From: Vulcanisaeta sp. AZ3
GTDB lineage: Archaea; Thermoproteota; Thermoprotei; Thermoproteales; Thermocladiaceae
DNA: 64,000 nt
Reading direction: 5' to 3'
Assembly: GCA_000960865.2 (NCBI GenBank)
Contig: JZWU02000002.1
Coordinates: forward strand, 1-64,000
In this document: piece by piece, positions 10,297 to 18,897 of the stretch
Position numbering within the stretch: the stretch's first letter is position 1
Layout: every line of letters starts with the position of its first letter
Made by a program: the position numbers and the translations under genes
The notes under the pieces: model-generated
What the model was told of the DNA's origin: nothing
Database searches by the model: none
What the model saw: the letters and a program-made list of their open reading frames with translations, nothing else

Positions 10297-10818
10297 ATGA
10301 ACAAAACAATCAAACTAACCAGCGACATCGGAGAACTAAAGATTTGGCTAGCAACCACAATACTAAACAAAGCACTAGACGAAGAAACCCTAAACAAAAT
10401 CAAAAACGCAACACAGAACTGCGAGGAAACACTAGTAACCATAGCACCAGCAAACAAAATCCTCAACGCATGGCACATGATATACCCAACATACCTAAGC
10501 CTAAGAGACCACATAAGAGGCACCACTAAATACAAAGACCCAAGCCTAGGCGCACTAGCATACATGGCAGGAACAACACAACTAAGAAAAGCACTAAACA
10601 CACTAAACCCCATAGGGCATAGAGAAATCACCATAATAATAATGGGCACCAAAGACTGCACAACAAACACCATCAAAGACGTACTAAACATCATAAAAGA
10701 AATCACCACAGACATAATACTAGGCGCCGGCGCATACAAAAAATACGAAGGAAACTACAAAACAATCGAAGAATACACAAACAAACTAATCAACGAATAC
10801 ATCAACACATACACATAA
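10297..10818 (+). CDS. cgi121: KEOPS subunit Cgi121-like
   Basis: YMAGTTQLRKAL resembles the Cgi121 Y.aGtrQi..A motif; linkage to a Urm1-like gene is known in Crenarchaeota. Confidence 0.65.
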   Translation: MNKTIKLTSDIGELKIWLATTILNKALDEETLNKIKNATQNCEETLVTIAPANKILNAWHMIYPTYLSLRDHIRGTTKYKDPSLGALAYMAGTTQLRKALNTLNPIGHREITIIIMGTKDCTTNTIKDVLNIIKEITTDIILGAGAYKKYEGNYKTIEEYTNKLINEYINTYT

Positions 10819-10822
10819 CAAG

Positions 10823-10912
10823 CGGGCCCGGTGGGATTTGAACCCACGACCTACGGCTCTCTTCAAGGCACTTACCGGAGGCCGCCGCTCCACCAAGCTG
10901 AGCTACGGGCCC
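10823..10912 (-). tRNA. tRNA-Arg(CCG) with a 16-nt canonical 37/38 intron (10859-10874)
   Basis: GGGCCCG acceptor stem, GCGGC/GCCGT anticodon stem, CT-CCG-G|intron|A loop, GTGGG-TTCAAAT-CCCAC T arm; relaxed bulge-helix-bulge. Confidence 0.93.
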
Positions 10913-10960
10913 AAACAAAATAAGTCATCCCCATTTAATCTATTTTTCTCCCCCACCTAA

Positions 10961-11854
10961 TCACACAAAATGACCCATCGCAATACCAACACCATACAAC
11001 AAACAAAAGAGCGTATAAAACCTACCAGTCCTCGCATCAATATCCGACACACCCAACCTAAAACTCCTAACAAGCCCAGGAACCAACACCACTGTTACTA
11101 AAGCTAACAAGGAGGTCACAGGCAACACACCAACCAAGGAAAGCACCACCGTAATCACAAGCGCCAAGACCAATGAAGAAACATAAATCACAAAACCAAA
11201 CCTACCCGTCAACATGGCAAGCGTTGTAATACCAGCCCTCCTATCATACTCCCTATCCCTATAATTATTAGAATAAATAATAGCCAACATCACAAGCATC
11301 GGCGGTATCGAAACCAGGAAAACACTAGGCACCAAAACACCCAAAGAAGCCACAACAAAAAACCCACCAATCAACAAGGGACCCCACGTCAACGCAACAA
11401 CAACCTCACCCAAAGCCCTATACTTCAAAACAAAAGGAGGCCCAGTATAGGCATAGACAAGAAACACACCAATCAAACCAAACACCAAAACCCACAAACC
11501 AACCACAAAAACCAAATACAAACCCAACAAAACACCACCAACCAACGCCACAAAACCAACAAACACAGCAGTCCTAAGCCCAACAACACCACTCAATATA
11601 GGATGCCTCCTATAAACAGCCGTAGGGGAACCAGGCGTATCAACCCCATGCCTAAAATCAAAATAATCATTAAGAACATTAACACTAACATGAAGCAACA
11701 ACACGCCTATAAGGGCAATCAAGGCATACAAAACACCAACACCACGCAACAAACCAAGAAAATAAGCATAACCAACACCAACCACAAAAACAGCCACCGT
11801 CATAAACAAACTCCAAGCCCTAACCAAACCCAAAAACTCGGAAATCCTCATCAC
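10961..11854 (-). CDS. UbiA-family prenyltransferase, MenA-like
   Basis: NDYFDF..GVD, YTGPPF.LKYRALGE, NNYRD..YD..AG.TL. Confidence 0.88.
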   Translation of the reverse strand: MMRISEFLGLVRAWSLFMTVAVFVVGVGYAYFLGLLRGVGVLYALIALIGVLLLHVSVNVLNDYFDFRHGVDTPGSPTAVYRRHPILSGVVGLRTAVFVGFVALVGGVLLGLYLVFVVGLWVLVFGLIGVFLVYAYTGPPFVLKYRALGEVVVALTWGPLLIGGFFVVASLGVLVPSVFLVSIPPMLVMLAIIYSNNYRDREYDRRAGITTLAMLTGRFGFVIYVSSLVLALVITVVLSLVGVLPVTSLLALVTVVLVPGLVRSFRLGVSDIDARTGRFYTLFCLLYGVGIAMGHFV

Positions 11855-11911
11855 AAAAACAATTAATCAAACATATTTAAACATAAATCAATGAATTCAG
11901 TTAAAATAAAA

Positions 11912-12514
11912 CTACAACGGAAGCAGCACCATAATAAGCTCAAGCCAAACAACATGAGTTATTATAGACGCCACCAAACCAACCCTATCCGCAAGTAAAC
12001 CATCAACCAAACCCACAACAAAAGCACCAGCCACCAAGGCAGGATTAAAAGTCAACACATGAACCAACGTATAATAAACCATAGAAACAACCCAAGGCTC
12101 CCTACCCAAAACACCCCCAACCAACCCCTGCAACCCACCCCTCCAATAAACCTCCTCCATAAACCCAATAAGAACAAGAACCACAGCCAACACATACCTA
12201 CCAGCCATGCCCCTCACCATAGCATAAACAAGAACCACATAACGCGACAAACCTAAATACGTAAGAAAAGCATAACCACCAATAAAAATAACATACATAA
12301 TAAAAGCAAAAACAACACCAATCAACACAACCAACAACCTACCAAACCTAAACCAACGAAGATAACCAGGAAACCAAACAAGCGTCAACAAACCAAGCAA
12401 CAACGTAGACAACGCCATACCATAAACAAAATACCTACTAAACACATCAAAAGACAAAGGCCAAAGCAACACCGGCAACACAACATACACAACCCTCCTA
12501 ACATCACCAAACAT
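11912..12514 (-). CDS. CPBP (CAAX/Abi) family intramembrane glutamic protease
   Basis: MEEVYWRG, YTLVH, IITH motifs; start MFGDVR. Confidence 0.85.
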   Translation of the reverse strand: MFGDVRRVVYVVLPVLLWPLSFDVFSRYFVYGMALSTLLLGLLTLVWFPGYLRWFRFGRLLVVLIGVVFAFIMYVIFIGGYAFLTYLGLSRYVVLVYAMVRGMAGRYVLAVVLVLIGFMEEVYWRGGLQGLVGGVLGREPWVVSMVYYTLVHVLTFNPALVAGAFVVGLVDGLLADRVGLVASIITHVVWLELIMVLLPL

Positions 12515-12722
12515 AAACAACCACAAAACCCAAACAAACACCACATAAATAAACCTACCGCAACAAACCAAAACACCAAAAAGAGAAAAACAAACCAAAA
12601 ACACTATCGCAACTAATACACCAACTCATGATTCTACGCCAACAAAAAGAGTTCTTAAGAGATAGAAAGAAATCACCAAACCCTCAATAACACTTATTAA
12701 GAAGCTGAAAGTAATAAAAACG

Positions 12723-13277
12723 ATGACCAAAATAAATAGAATGAACAAAAGAGGTATCTCAAACGTAGTAGCCACAATAATACTCATCGCAGTAGCAATA
12801 GCACTAGCAGTAGCAGTAGCCGTCTGGGTCTTCGGACTAGCAGGAAGCGCAGCAAAAACAGCAACACTAACAATACAAGCCACCAGCCTCACCAACGTTT
12901 CCTCAGACAAGTCGGCTAATATTACATTCGTTGTTAGTAATCCATCTAGCTCAGGGGTAGGCATTAATGGTTTTACTCTCGGTAGCTTAACATGTACCTT
13001 TAGCCCACCAATCCAGGTCAGCGCAGGTACTCAAGGTGAGACAATAACATTTACACTAACCATTAGTCATAATGGTAATTTTACTGGTATTTCTGCAATC
13101 ATTGTTGGTAATACTCCAATTTACAGTAGTAAAGCGTCATCATCATCATCATCATCATCAACAACAACTCCTACATGTACTGGGATTCAGTCTGCAGCAG
13201 TTGGTGTTCAGTATAGTGGTTATTTAACTACTGCGACTGGCCAGACGTATCCGTTTACTGTGACTGCTAGTTCATAA
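12723..13277 (+). CDS. Archaeal type IV pilin (class III signal peptide)
   Basis: NKRG|ISNVVATIILIAVAIALAVAVAVW; Ser/Thr-rich beta domain with N-X-S/T sequons. Confidence 0.9.
   Translation: MTKINRMNKRGISNVVATIILIAVAIALAVAVAVWVFGLAGSAAKTATLTIQATSLTNVSSDKSANITFVVSNPSSSGVGINGFTLGSLTCTFSPPIQVSAGTQGETITFTLTISHNGNFTGISAIIVGNTPIYSSKASSSSSSSSTTTPTCTGIQSAAVGVQYSGYLTTATGQTYPFTVTASS
13137..13160 (+). repeat. (TCA)8 microsatellite encoding poly-Ser within the pilin
   Basis: Perfect 24-nt TCA tandem repeat followed by ACA ACA ACT. Confidence 0.95.
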
Positions 13278-14315
13278 GTGTTTAGTTTTAATTGGTTTTA
13301 AATCAAAATTGTTTTGTTTTCCATGGTTCTTTTTGAACCATGGGGTTTCTACTTCGTCTAGTCTCCATCTTTGTTTTGTAACTGCCTCCGTGGGGTTTAT
13401 GGTTATGCCTTCTTTGTAGGCCAGGAGTCCTGTTAGGGCTATCATTGCTCCGTTGTCTCCTGCGTATTCTGGTGGTACTACGCTTATTTTTGTGTTGAAT
13501 TCATTGGCTATGTATTGCATGATTTCTCTTAGCCTCTTGCTTCTGGCTACTCCTCCTGCTATTAGTAGTTCTTTCTTTCCCGTGAGGGCTAGTCCTCTTT
13601 CTGTTACTTCGGCTAGCATTGCGTAGGTTGTTTCGATTAGGCTTAGGCAGACATTGGGTAGGGGTTCTCCTTTTTTGATTAGTCTTAGGGCTTCTTCTAT
13701 TATTCCTGAGAAGGATACGTCTTGGCCTTTTACTGTGTAGGGTAGTGGTATGTATTTTGTGCCTTTGGTTGCGCATTCTTCTATGTGTGGTACGCCTGGG
13801 TTTGGTAGTCCGACTTGTCTTGCGAATTGGTCTAGGGCGTTTCCTATGGCCATGTCTATTGTTTCTCCGAAGATTGCGTAGGTTCTTCCTGAGTGGGCTA
13901 TGACCATTGTGTGTCCGCCTGAGACGAGGAGTACTAGTGGGTCTTCGAAGCTTGATGCCCATCTGGCTATTTCTACGTGGGCTACCCCGTGGTGTACTGG
14001 TATGAGGGGTTTGTCGAACTTTATGGCGAGGGCTCTTGCTAGGGTTGCTCCTACTCTTAGTGTTGGTCCTAGTCCTGGTCCCATGGAGAAGGCTATTGCG
14101 TCTATGTCGTTAATGGTTAGGTTGGCTTTTCTCAGGGCTTCCCTGAGTACTCTTGGTCCTACTGTGACGTGGTGATCCGCGGCTATTCTTGGGTGTATTC
14201 CTATACCTTGTGGTGGTGTGTATGTGTCGTTAATATTCACGAGTATACCATCCTCATTGGCTATTCCCACGCCGAAGGTGTGTGCTGTGGATTCTATTCC
14301 GAGGATTAGCGTCAT
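13272..14315 (-). CDS. kae1: KEOPS t6A tRNA threonylcarbamoyltransferase Kae1
   Basis: LGIESTAHTFG, GPGLGP, HHGVAH, VSGGHT, GETID, DNGAMIA. Confidence 0.96.
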   Translation of the reverse strand: MTLILGIESTAHTFGVGIANEDGILVNINDTYTPPQGIGIHPRIAADHHVTVGPRVLREALRKANLTINDIDAIAFSMGPGLGPTLRVGATLARALAIKFDKPLIPVHHGVAHVEIARWASSFEDPLVLLVSGGHTMVIAHSGRTYAIFGETIDMAIGNALDQFARQVGLPNPGVPHIEECATKGTKYIPLPYTVKGQDVSFSGIIEEALRLIKKGEPLPNVCLSLIETTYAMLAEVTERGLALTGKKELLIAGGVARSKRLREIMQYIANEFNTKISVVPPEYAGDNGAMIALTGLLAYKEGITINPTEAVTKQRWRLDEVETPWFKKNHGKQNNFDLKPIKTKHL

Positions 14316-14683
14316 TAATAAACACCCTCGTAGATTGTCTCTACCGCGTCTTCTAGTTCTTCGTCGTTTAGGCTTCCGTATTTATTAATTACGTAGTCAA
14401 TCGTTGAGTTTATTCTGTCTTTTAGCCAGCCGCAGTCTGGCTCGTAGTCGTTGTTCATGAGTATTATGAGGTTTTCTATTCTTTTTGTTGTGTTGTTACT
14501 CTCCATTTTTTCTATTAGGTCTAGGAATGTGGGGCTTGTTATTACTAAGTCTACCTTATCCCAGTCGAAGGCCTCGAACCCCCCGAGCCTATCTACTAGG
14601 AATGTTAGTCTGGCTAGCCTATCAATGCTCGTCCTGCCAATCCTCTTTAGAATGCTTATTACGATGCATTCTGTTAAGTCCAT
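14315..14683 (-). CDS. Hypothetical protein, weakly SocA/Panacea (DUF4065)-like helical fold
   Basis: RLARLTFLVD and IDYVINKYGSLNDEEL patterns; translationally coupled to kae1. Confidence 0.55.
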   Translation of the reverse strand: MDLTECIVISILKRIGRTSIDRLARLTFLVDRLGGFEAFDWDKVDLVITSPTFLDLIEKMESNNTTKRIENLIILMNNDYEPDCGWLKDRINSTIDYVINKYGSLNDEELEDAVETIYEGVY

Positions 14684-14761
14684 TGTTAAATGGCTTGGTT
14701 TGGCTTAATTAATAACTTTGGGTTTAATGTTTAAAAGGGGGATTTGTTGGGGTTTGGTTGT

Positions 14762-15328
14762 ATGGTTAGTCCTGATGTTCTTAGGGATGTTTTGAGGCCT
14801 GGTAATTCTGTTTTGGTTGTTTGGGATGTGCATAAGGCGTTATTCAATGGCATATTCAATAAGGATGAATTCCAAAGAGCCCTAAACACGGCTATAAGTG
14901 CTGCTCGGCGTGCCAACGTGCCGATAATCTTCACGAAGATAACCCCATACCCAAGCGGCTTCGAACCTGTTAATACGAAGATCATGCCGTGGAGAGGCGG
15001 TTTTAGGCCTGAGGATATGGAGCTTATTGTTCAGCCTCAACCTAATGACATTGTTATTAATAAGAATACTTGGTCCTTATTCGTGGGGACTAATGTTGAG
15101 CTTTTACTCCGCAATTCAGGTAGATATACTGTGGTTTTGACGGGCATTGCTACGGAGATTGGTGTTGAGACTACGGCTAGGCATGCCTACGCTCTGGGCT
15201 TCATACCAGTCATCATTAGTGACGCAGTCTCTTCGTACAATAGGGAGGCGCATGAGAGGTCTTTAACCAATATGAGAGCGTTCTTCCCAGTAATAACCGC
15301 TGAGGAATTATCAAAATACTGGTCGTGA
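14762..15328 (+). CDS. Isochorismatase-family hydrolase (YecD-like)
   Basis: LVVWD, K..WS.F.GT, GIATEIGVETTAR.A, SDA.S. Confidence 0.85.
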   Translation: MVSPDVLRDVLRPGNSVLVVWDVHKALFNGIFNKDEFQRALNTAISAARRANVPIIFTKITPYPSGFEPVNTKIMPWRGGFRPEDMELIVQPQPNDIVINKNTWSLFVGTNVELLLRNSGRYTVVLTGIATEIGVETTARHAYALGFIPVIISDAVSSYNREAHERSLTNMRAFFPVITAEELSKYWS

Positions 15329-15448
15329 GTTACTGCAGAGGTTACGCTCTACTTAAAATCATTAATTCCCTTTCCCCACCCTTAAGGGAGTTATATTTGA
15401 AGTGTGTATGTCGAAGGATTTTACAAGCTTATGGTGTTGTGGTTGTGT

Positions 15449-16804
15449 TTATTTGTGTGTTATTTCGCTTAGTAGTTCGTTGAATGTGTTTATTAGGTCT
15501 TGTGCTTGTTCTTTTGTGTGTATCATTGATGGTAGTAGGTGTGGCATGTGTTCTGTCATGTATAGTATGTTTTTTGTTCTCATGAATAAGTGTGCTAGGG
15601 TGTATAGGTTTTCGCTTGTCCTGCCTTCGTAGGCCATCCTAACGTTTGTGGGTCTTTCCTTGGTGAAGTGTATGCCTATCATGCTGCCGATGCCTGTTGC
15701 CCAGCATATTCTGTCGTGGTTTTCGCAGGCTTTGTTGAGTTCGTTTCTGGTCCAGTCCCAGAGTTGGTTGAAGTTTTCGTAGAGGGTTTTGTGTTGGTTT
15801 AGGTAGTTTATTGTTGTGTAGCCTGCTGTGAGTGTTATTGGGTTTCCTGTGAATGTTCCGCCGTGGAAGCTTCTGGATCTTGCGTTTGGTCTTTTTACTT
15901 GGTCTAGTAGTTCCATTATTTCTGTTCTTGATGCTATGGTTCCTGCTCCTGGGTAGCCGCCGCCGATTATCTTGCCTAGGGTTACTATGTCTGCCTTGAT
16001 GTTGAATCTCTCTTGGCCGCCGCCTAGGGCGAGTCTGAAGCCTGTTATTACTTCGTCGAGTATTAGTAGGGCTCCGTACTTGTCTGCTAATTCTCTAACG
16101 TTTTTTAGGTAGTTTTCCTTGGGTTCTATGCATCCTCCGGATCCTAGTACTGGTTCTGTTATTATGGCTGCTACGTCGAAGTTCCTGAGGACTTTTTCTA
16201 GGGATTCTGGGTCGTTGTAGGGGATTACTAGTGTGTATTTTATGTGGTCGGTTGGTAGGCCTAGGCTTTCGGGGCCTTCGAAGGGTGGGTTGACGCCGAC
16301 GTGTAGTCCGTCGTAGCCTCCGTGCCAGCCTCCCTCCATTTTTACGATGTATCTACGCCCGGTGTAGGCTCTGGCGAGTCTTACGGCGTACATGTTGGCT
16401 TCTGTGCCGCTGTTTGAGAATCTAATCATGTCTATGTTGGGTATGACTTTTGTTAGTAGTTCTGCGTATTCGACTTCTATTTCGTTTGGGTATCCGAGGT
16501 GTGTTCCGTTGTATGCTGCTTCGTTGACTGCTTTGATTACGAAGTCGGGTGAATGGCCGAGGATGTGTGTTCCGTGTCCCATCCAGTAGTCTACGTATTC
16601 GTTTCCGTCTAGGTCCCAGACCTTGGTGCCGCTTGCTTTCTTTATGTATATTGGGTATGGTGTGAAGTACCTGATTTGGTAAGTGGTTCCTCCGGGTAGT
16701 ACTTTCTTGGCTCTTTCGAAGAATTCCCTAGACTTACTGGTCTTCTCGATGTATATTTTTGTGTACTTGTTAATTAGTTCTTGAACTCTATCAGTGATGT
16801 TCAT
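15449..16804 (-). CDS. Class III aminotransferase, glutamate-1-semialdehyde 2,1-aminomutase-like
   Basis: DLDGNEYVDY, NSGTEA, DEVITGFR, LGKIIGGG, GGTFTGNP. Confidence 0.85.
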   Translation of the reverse strand: MNITDRVQELINKYTKIYIEKTSKSREFFERAKKVLPGGTTYQIRYFTPYPIYIKKASGTKVWDLDGNEYVDYWMGHGTHILGHSPDFVIKAVNEAAYNGTHLGYPNEIEVEYAELLTKVIPNIDMIRFSNSGTEANMYAVRLARAYTGRRYIVKMEGGWHGGYDGLHVGVNPPFEGPESLGLPTDHIKYTLVIPYNDPESLEKVLRNFDVAAIITEPVLGSGGCIEPKENYLKNVRELADKYGALLILDEVITGFRLALGGGQERFNIKADIVTLGKIIGGGYPGAGTIASRTEIMELLDQVKRPNARSRSFHGGTFTGNPITLTAGYTTINYLNQHKTLYENFNQLWDWTRNELNKACENHDRICWATGIGSMIGIHFTKERPTNVRMAYEGRTSENLYTLAHLFMRTKNILYMTEHMPHLLPSMIHTKEQAQDLINTFNELLSEITHK

Positions 16805-16850
16805 CTTCTTCTCTGTGTTGCTTCACTTTATAAATAATGTACCTTTATCG

Positions 16851-17252
16851 TTATGGGAGTTTTACGAGGAATCCGTGGTTTTGCATTAGGTGCAGTAGTG
16901 CGTCTGTGAATCTGCTTGTTTTGTAACCGCATTTTGCGCATATGAAGTACCTGTGCTTGTGGAAGGAGTTTCTGGAGTAGGGTTGGGTGTTGACTCGTAG
17001 CCATTGTGCGTATTCCTTGGTTTTGATTATGTGGTCGTAGAGGCCGCCGTGGTGTTGTACAAAGCCTAGTTTGACTTGGTCTGTGTGTGGTGTTATGGTT
17101 AGTTTGAATTCTTTGTTTGTGAAGGGGCATTTGATGATGCCTTCTAGGAAGGCTTTATTGTCCTTCTTGGCTGTGTATATTACTAGGTCTACGTACTTTC
17201 CCTTGATCTCGTTGCTTTTTCTTAATCCGAGTAGCCCTAGGTCTGTGTTCAT
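16851..17252 (-). CDS. Hypothetical protein with C-terminal C2H2 zinc finger
   Basis: CAKCGYKTSRFTDALLHLMQNH. Confidence 0.7.
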   Translation of the reverse strand: MNTDLGLLGLRKSNEIKGKYVDLVIYTAKKDNKAFLEGIIKCPFTNKEFKLTITPHTDQVKLGFVQHHGGLYDHIIKTKEYAQWLRVNTQPYSRNSFHKHRYFICAKCGYKTSRFTDALLHLMQNHGFLVKLP

Positions 17253-17297
17253 CGTGTTAGTTCATTGTAGTTGTGCTTTAAGCATTACTTTTCGAGC

Positions 17298-18020
17298 TTA
17301 TAATGTGTTGTGGTTTTTCATGATGTTTAGTAGGTCGTTAACGCAGTTAATTATGTGTGTTCTAACCTTGTTTGCTGTGTTTGATATTGTTTCGTTGAGT
17401 TCGTGGGGGTTCTTTGTTTGGGATATTATGAATAGTGATGAGGGTGATCTAATGTCTGTCTTGGCGATTATGTCTTCACAGACTCTTACTCTAACGATGC
17501 CTGTGGCTTTGCCCTCCGTGTATGTTATTACCTCTACTAAACTATTCTTGATTGGTTCGGTGATTAGATTTAGTGTTATGTTGTTGCCGCTGTATATGAT
17601 GAATATTTCGTCGGCTCCGGTTAGTACTTTGTTTGTCTTGCCGAGTTTGGCGTTGTCGAGTATTCTTCTCCAGCCGTCACCGATTGTCCTGAGGTATGTG
17701 TCGTGTAGGTTTAGTCTGGTGAGTAGGTATTTAATGGGGTCGTTGGTCTCGGTGTTCTTTAGGGTTATGTTGATTTTAAGTTCGTGGGATACGTTGAGTA
17801 GGAATTCGTCTAGTTTATCGAGTAGTGCCCTTAGGTAGTTAATGTTATTGCTTATTATTCTTATGGATTCCTCGTCATTAATCTCTAGGAGTCTTTCTTC
17901 GTAGGTGTTGTCAGGTCCGATGCCGATTAGGAAGAGGTGTTTCTCGTTAATGGATGCCTTGGTATTTATGAGGGTTCTATCCCTAACCTTAATGGTTCCC
18001 ATGGGTACTATGAACTCCAT
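17298..18020 (-). CDS. Hypothetical protein
   Basis: 240-aa ORF co-oriented with neighbours; no recognised motif. Confidence 0.65.
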   Translation of the reverse strand: MEFIVPMGTIKVRDRTLINTKASINEKHLFLIGIGPDNTYEERLLEINDEESIRIISNNINYLRALLDKLDEFLLNVSHELKINITLKNTETNDPIKYLLTRLNLHDTYLRTIGDGWRRILDNAKLGKTNKVLTGADEIFIIYSGNNITLNLITEPIKNSLVEVITYTEGKATGIVRVRVCEDIIAKTDIRSPSSLFIISQTKNPHELNETISNTANKVRTHIINCVNDLLNIMKNHNTL

Positions 18021-18092
18021 AAGTACTACATTCTCTAGGCCTGTATGTCTCTCTTAATTTTTATAAGGTGGTAATTATTTGGCTTGTTTTGT

Positions 18093-18854
18093 ATGGGTGA
18101 GTTTGAGGGTCGTGTTGTTGTTGTGACTGGTGGTACTAGGGGTATTGGTAGGGCTATTGCGGAGGCGTTTCTTAGGGAGGGGGCTAGGGTTGCTGTAACC
18201 TTTGTGAAGAGTGATGAGAAGGGTAGGGAGTTGGAGAGGGAGGGTATTTTGGCTATTAAGTGTGATGTTTCTAATAGGGATGAGGTTAGGAGGGCTGTGG
18301 AGCTTGTTCGTGAGAAGCTTGGTGATGTTAGTATTCTCGTTAATAATGCGGGTATAATGCCTTTGATGTCTTTTGAGGATTATAATGAGGAGGTGTTTGA
18401 TAGGATGTTTGCTATTAATGTTAAGGGTATAATTTACACAACCCTTGAGTTTTTGCCTCAGTTAAAGAGGACTAGGGGTGTGATTATTAACATAGCCTCG
18501 AATGCGGGTATTGGTACGGCCTTTGAGGGGACTACTTATTACGCGATTACGAAGGCTTCCGTGATTATACTTACTAAGAGGATGGCTTTTGAGTTGGGTA
18601 AGTATGGTATTAGGGTTAATGCTGTGGCTCCGGGTTGGGTGGAGACGGACATGACTACTGGGGGTAGGTCGAAGGAGGAGGTGGAGAGGACGAAGAGTAT
18701 GCTTAGGTCTAGGACTGTGTTAGGTATGACTGGTGTTCCCAGTGACATAGCTAATGTTGTTTTGTTCCTCGCTAGTGATAAGGCTAGGTACATGACTGGG
18801 CAGACTGTGGTGGTTGATGGTGGTAGAATAGATTATCTAACTCATGGGATTTAG
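18093..18854 (+). CDS. SDR family oxidoreductase
   Basis: TGGTRGIG, NNAG, YAITK, NAVAPG, VDGG. Confidence 0.92.
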   Translation: MGEFEGRVVVVTGGTRGIGRAIAEAFLREGARVAVTFVKSDEKGRELEREGILAIKCDVSNRDEVRRAVELVREKLGDVSILVNNAGIMPLMSFEDYNEEVFDRMFAINVKGIIYTTLEFLPQLKRTRGVIINIASNAGIGTAFEGTTYYAITKASVIILTKRMAFELGKYGIRVNAVAPGWVETDMTTGGRSKEEVERTKSMLRSRTVLGMTGVPSDIANVVLFLASDKARYMTGQTVVVDGGRIDYLTHGI

Positions 18855-18897
18855 TGAGGTTAGTTTTTAAACGTCTTGGGATTAATTTATTATTGAA

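Noticed and set aside
10015-10818. Urm1/SAMP-cgi121 linkage as a novel system
   Set aside because: Already described in crenarchaeal comparative genomics.
11400-12620. Low-complexity A/C tracts resembling repeats or a CRISPR array
   Set aside because: No fixed-length repeat/spacer periodicity; explained by skew and V/G/F codons on the minus strand.
14762-15328. Catalytic Cys replaced by Gly in the isochorismatase-like protein
   Set aside because: Known feature of the YecD-like subfamily.
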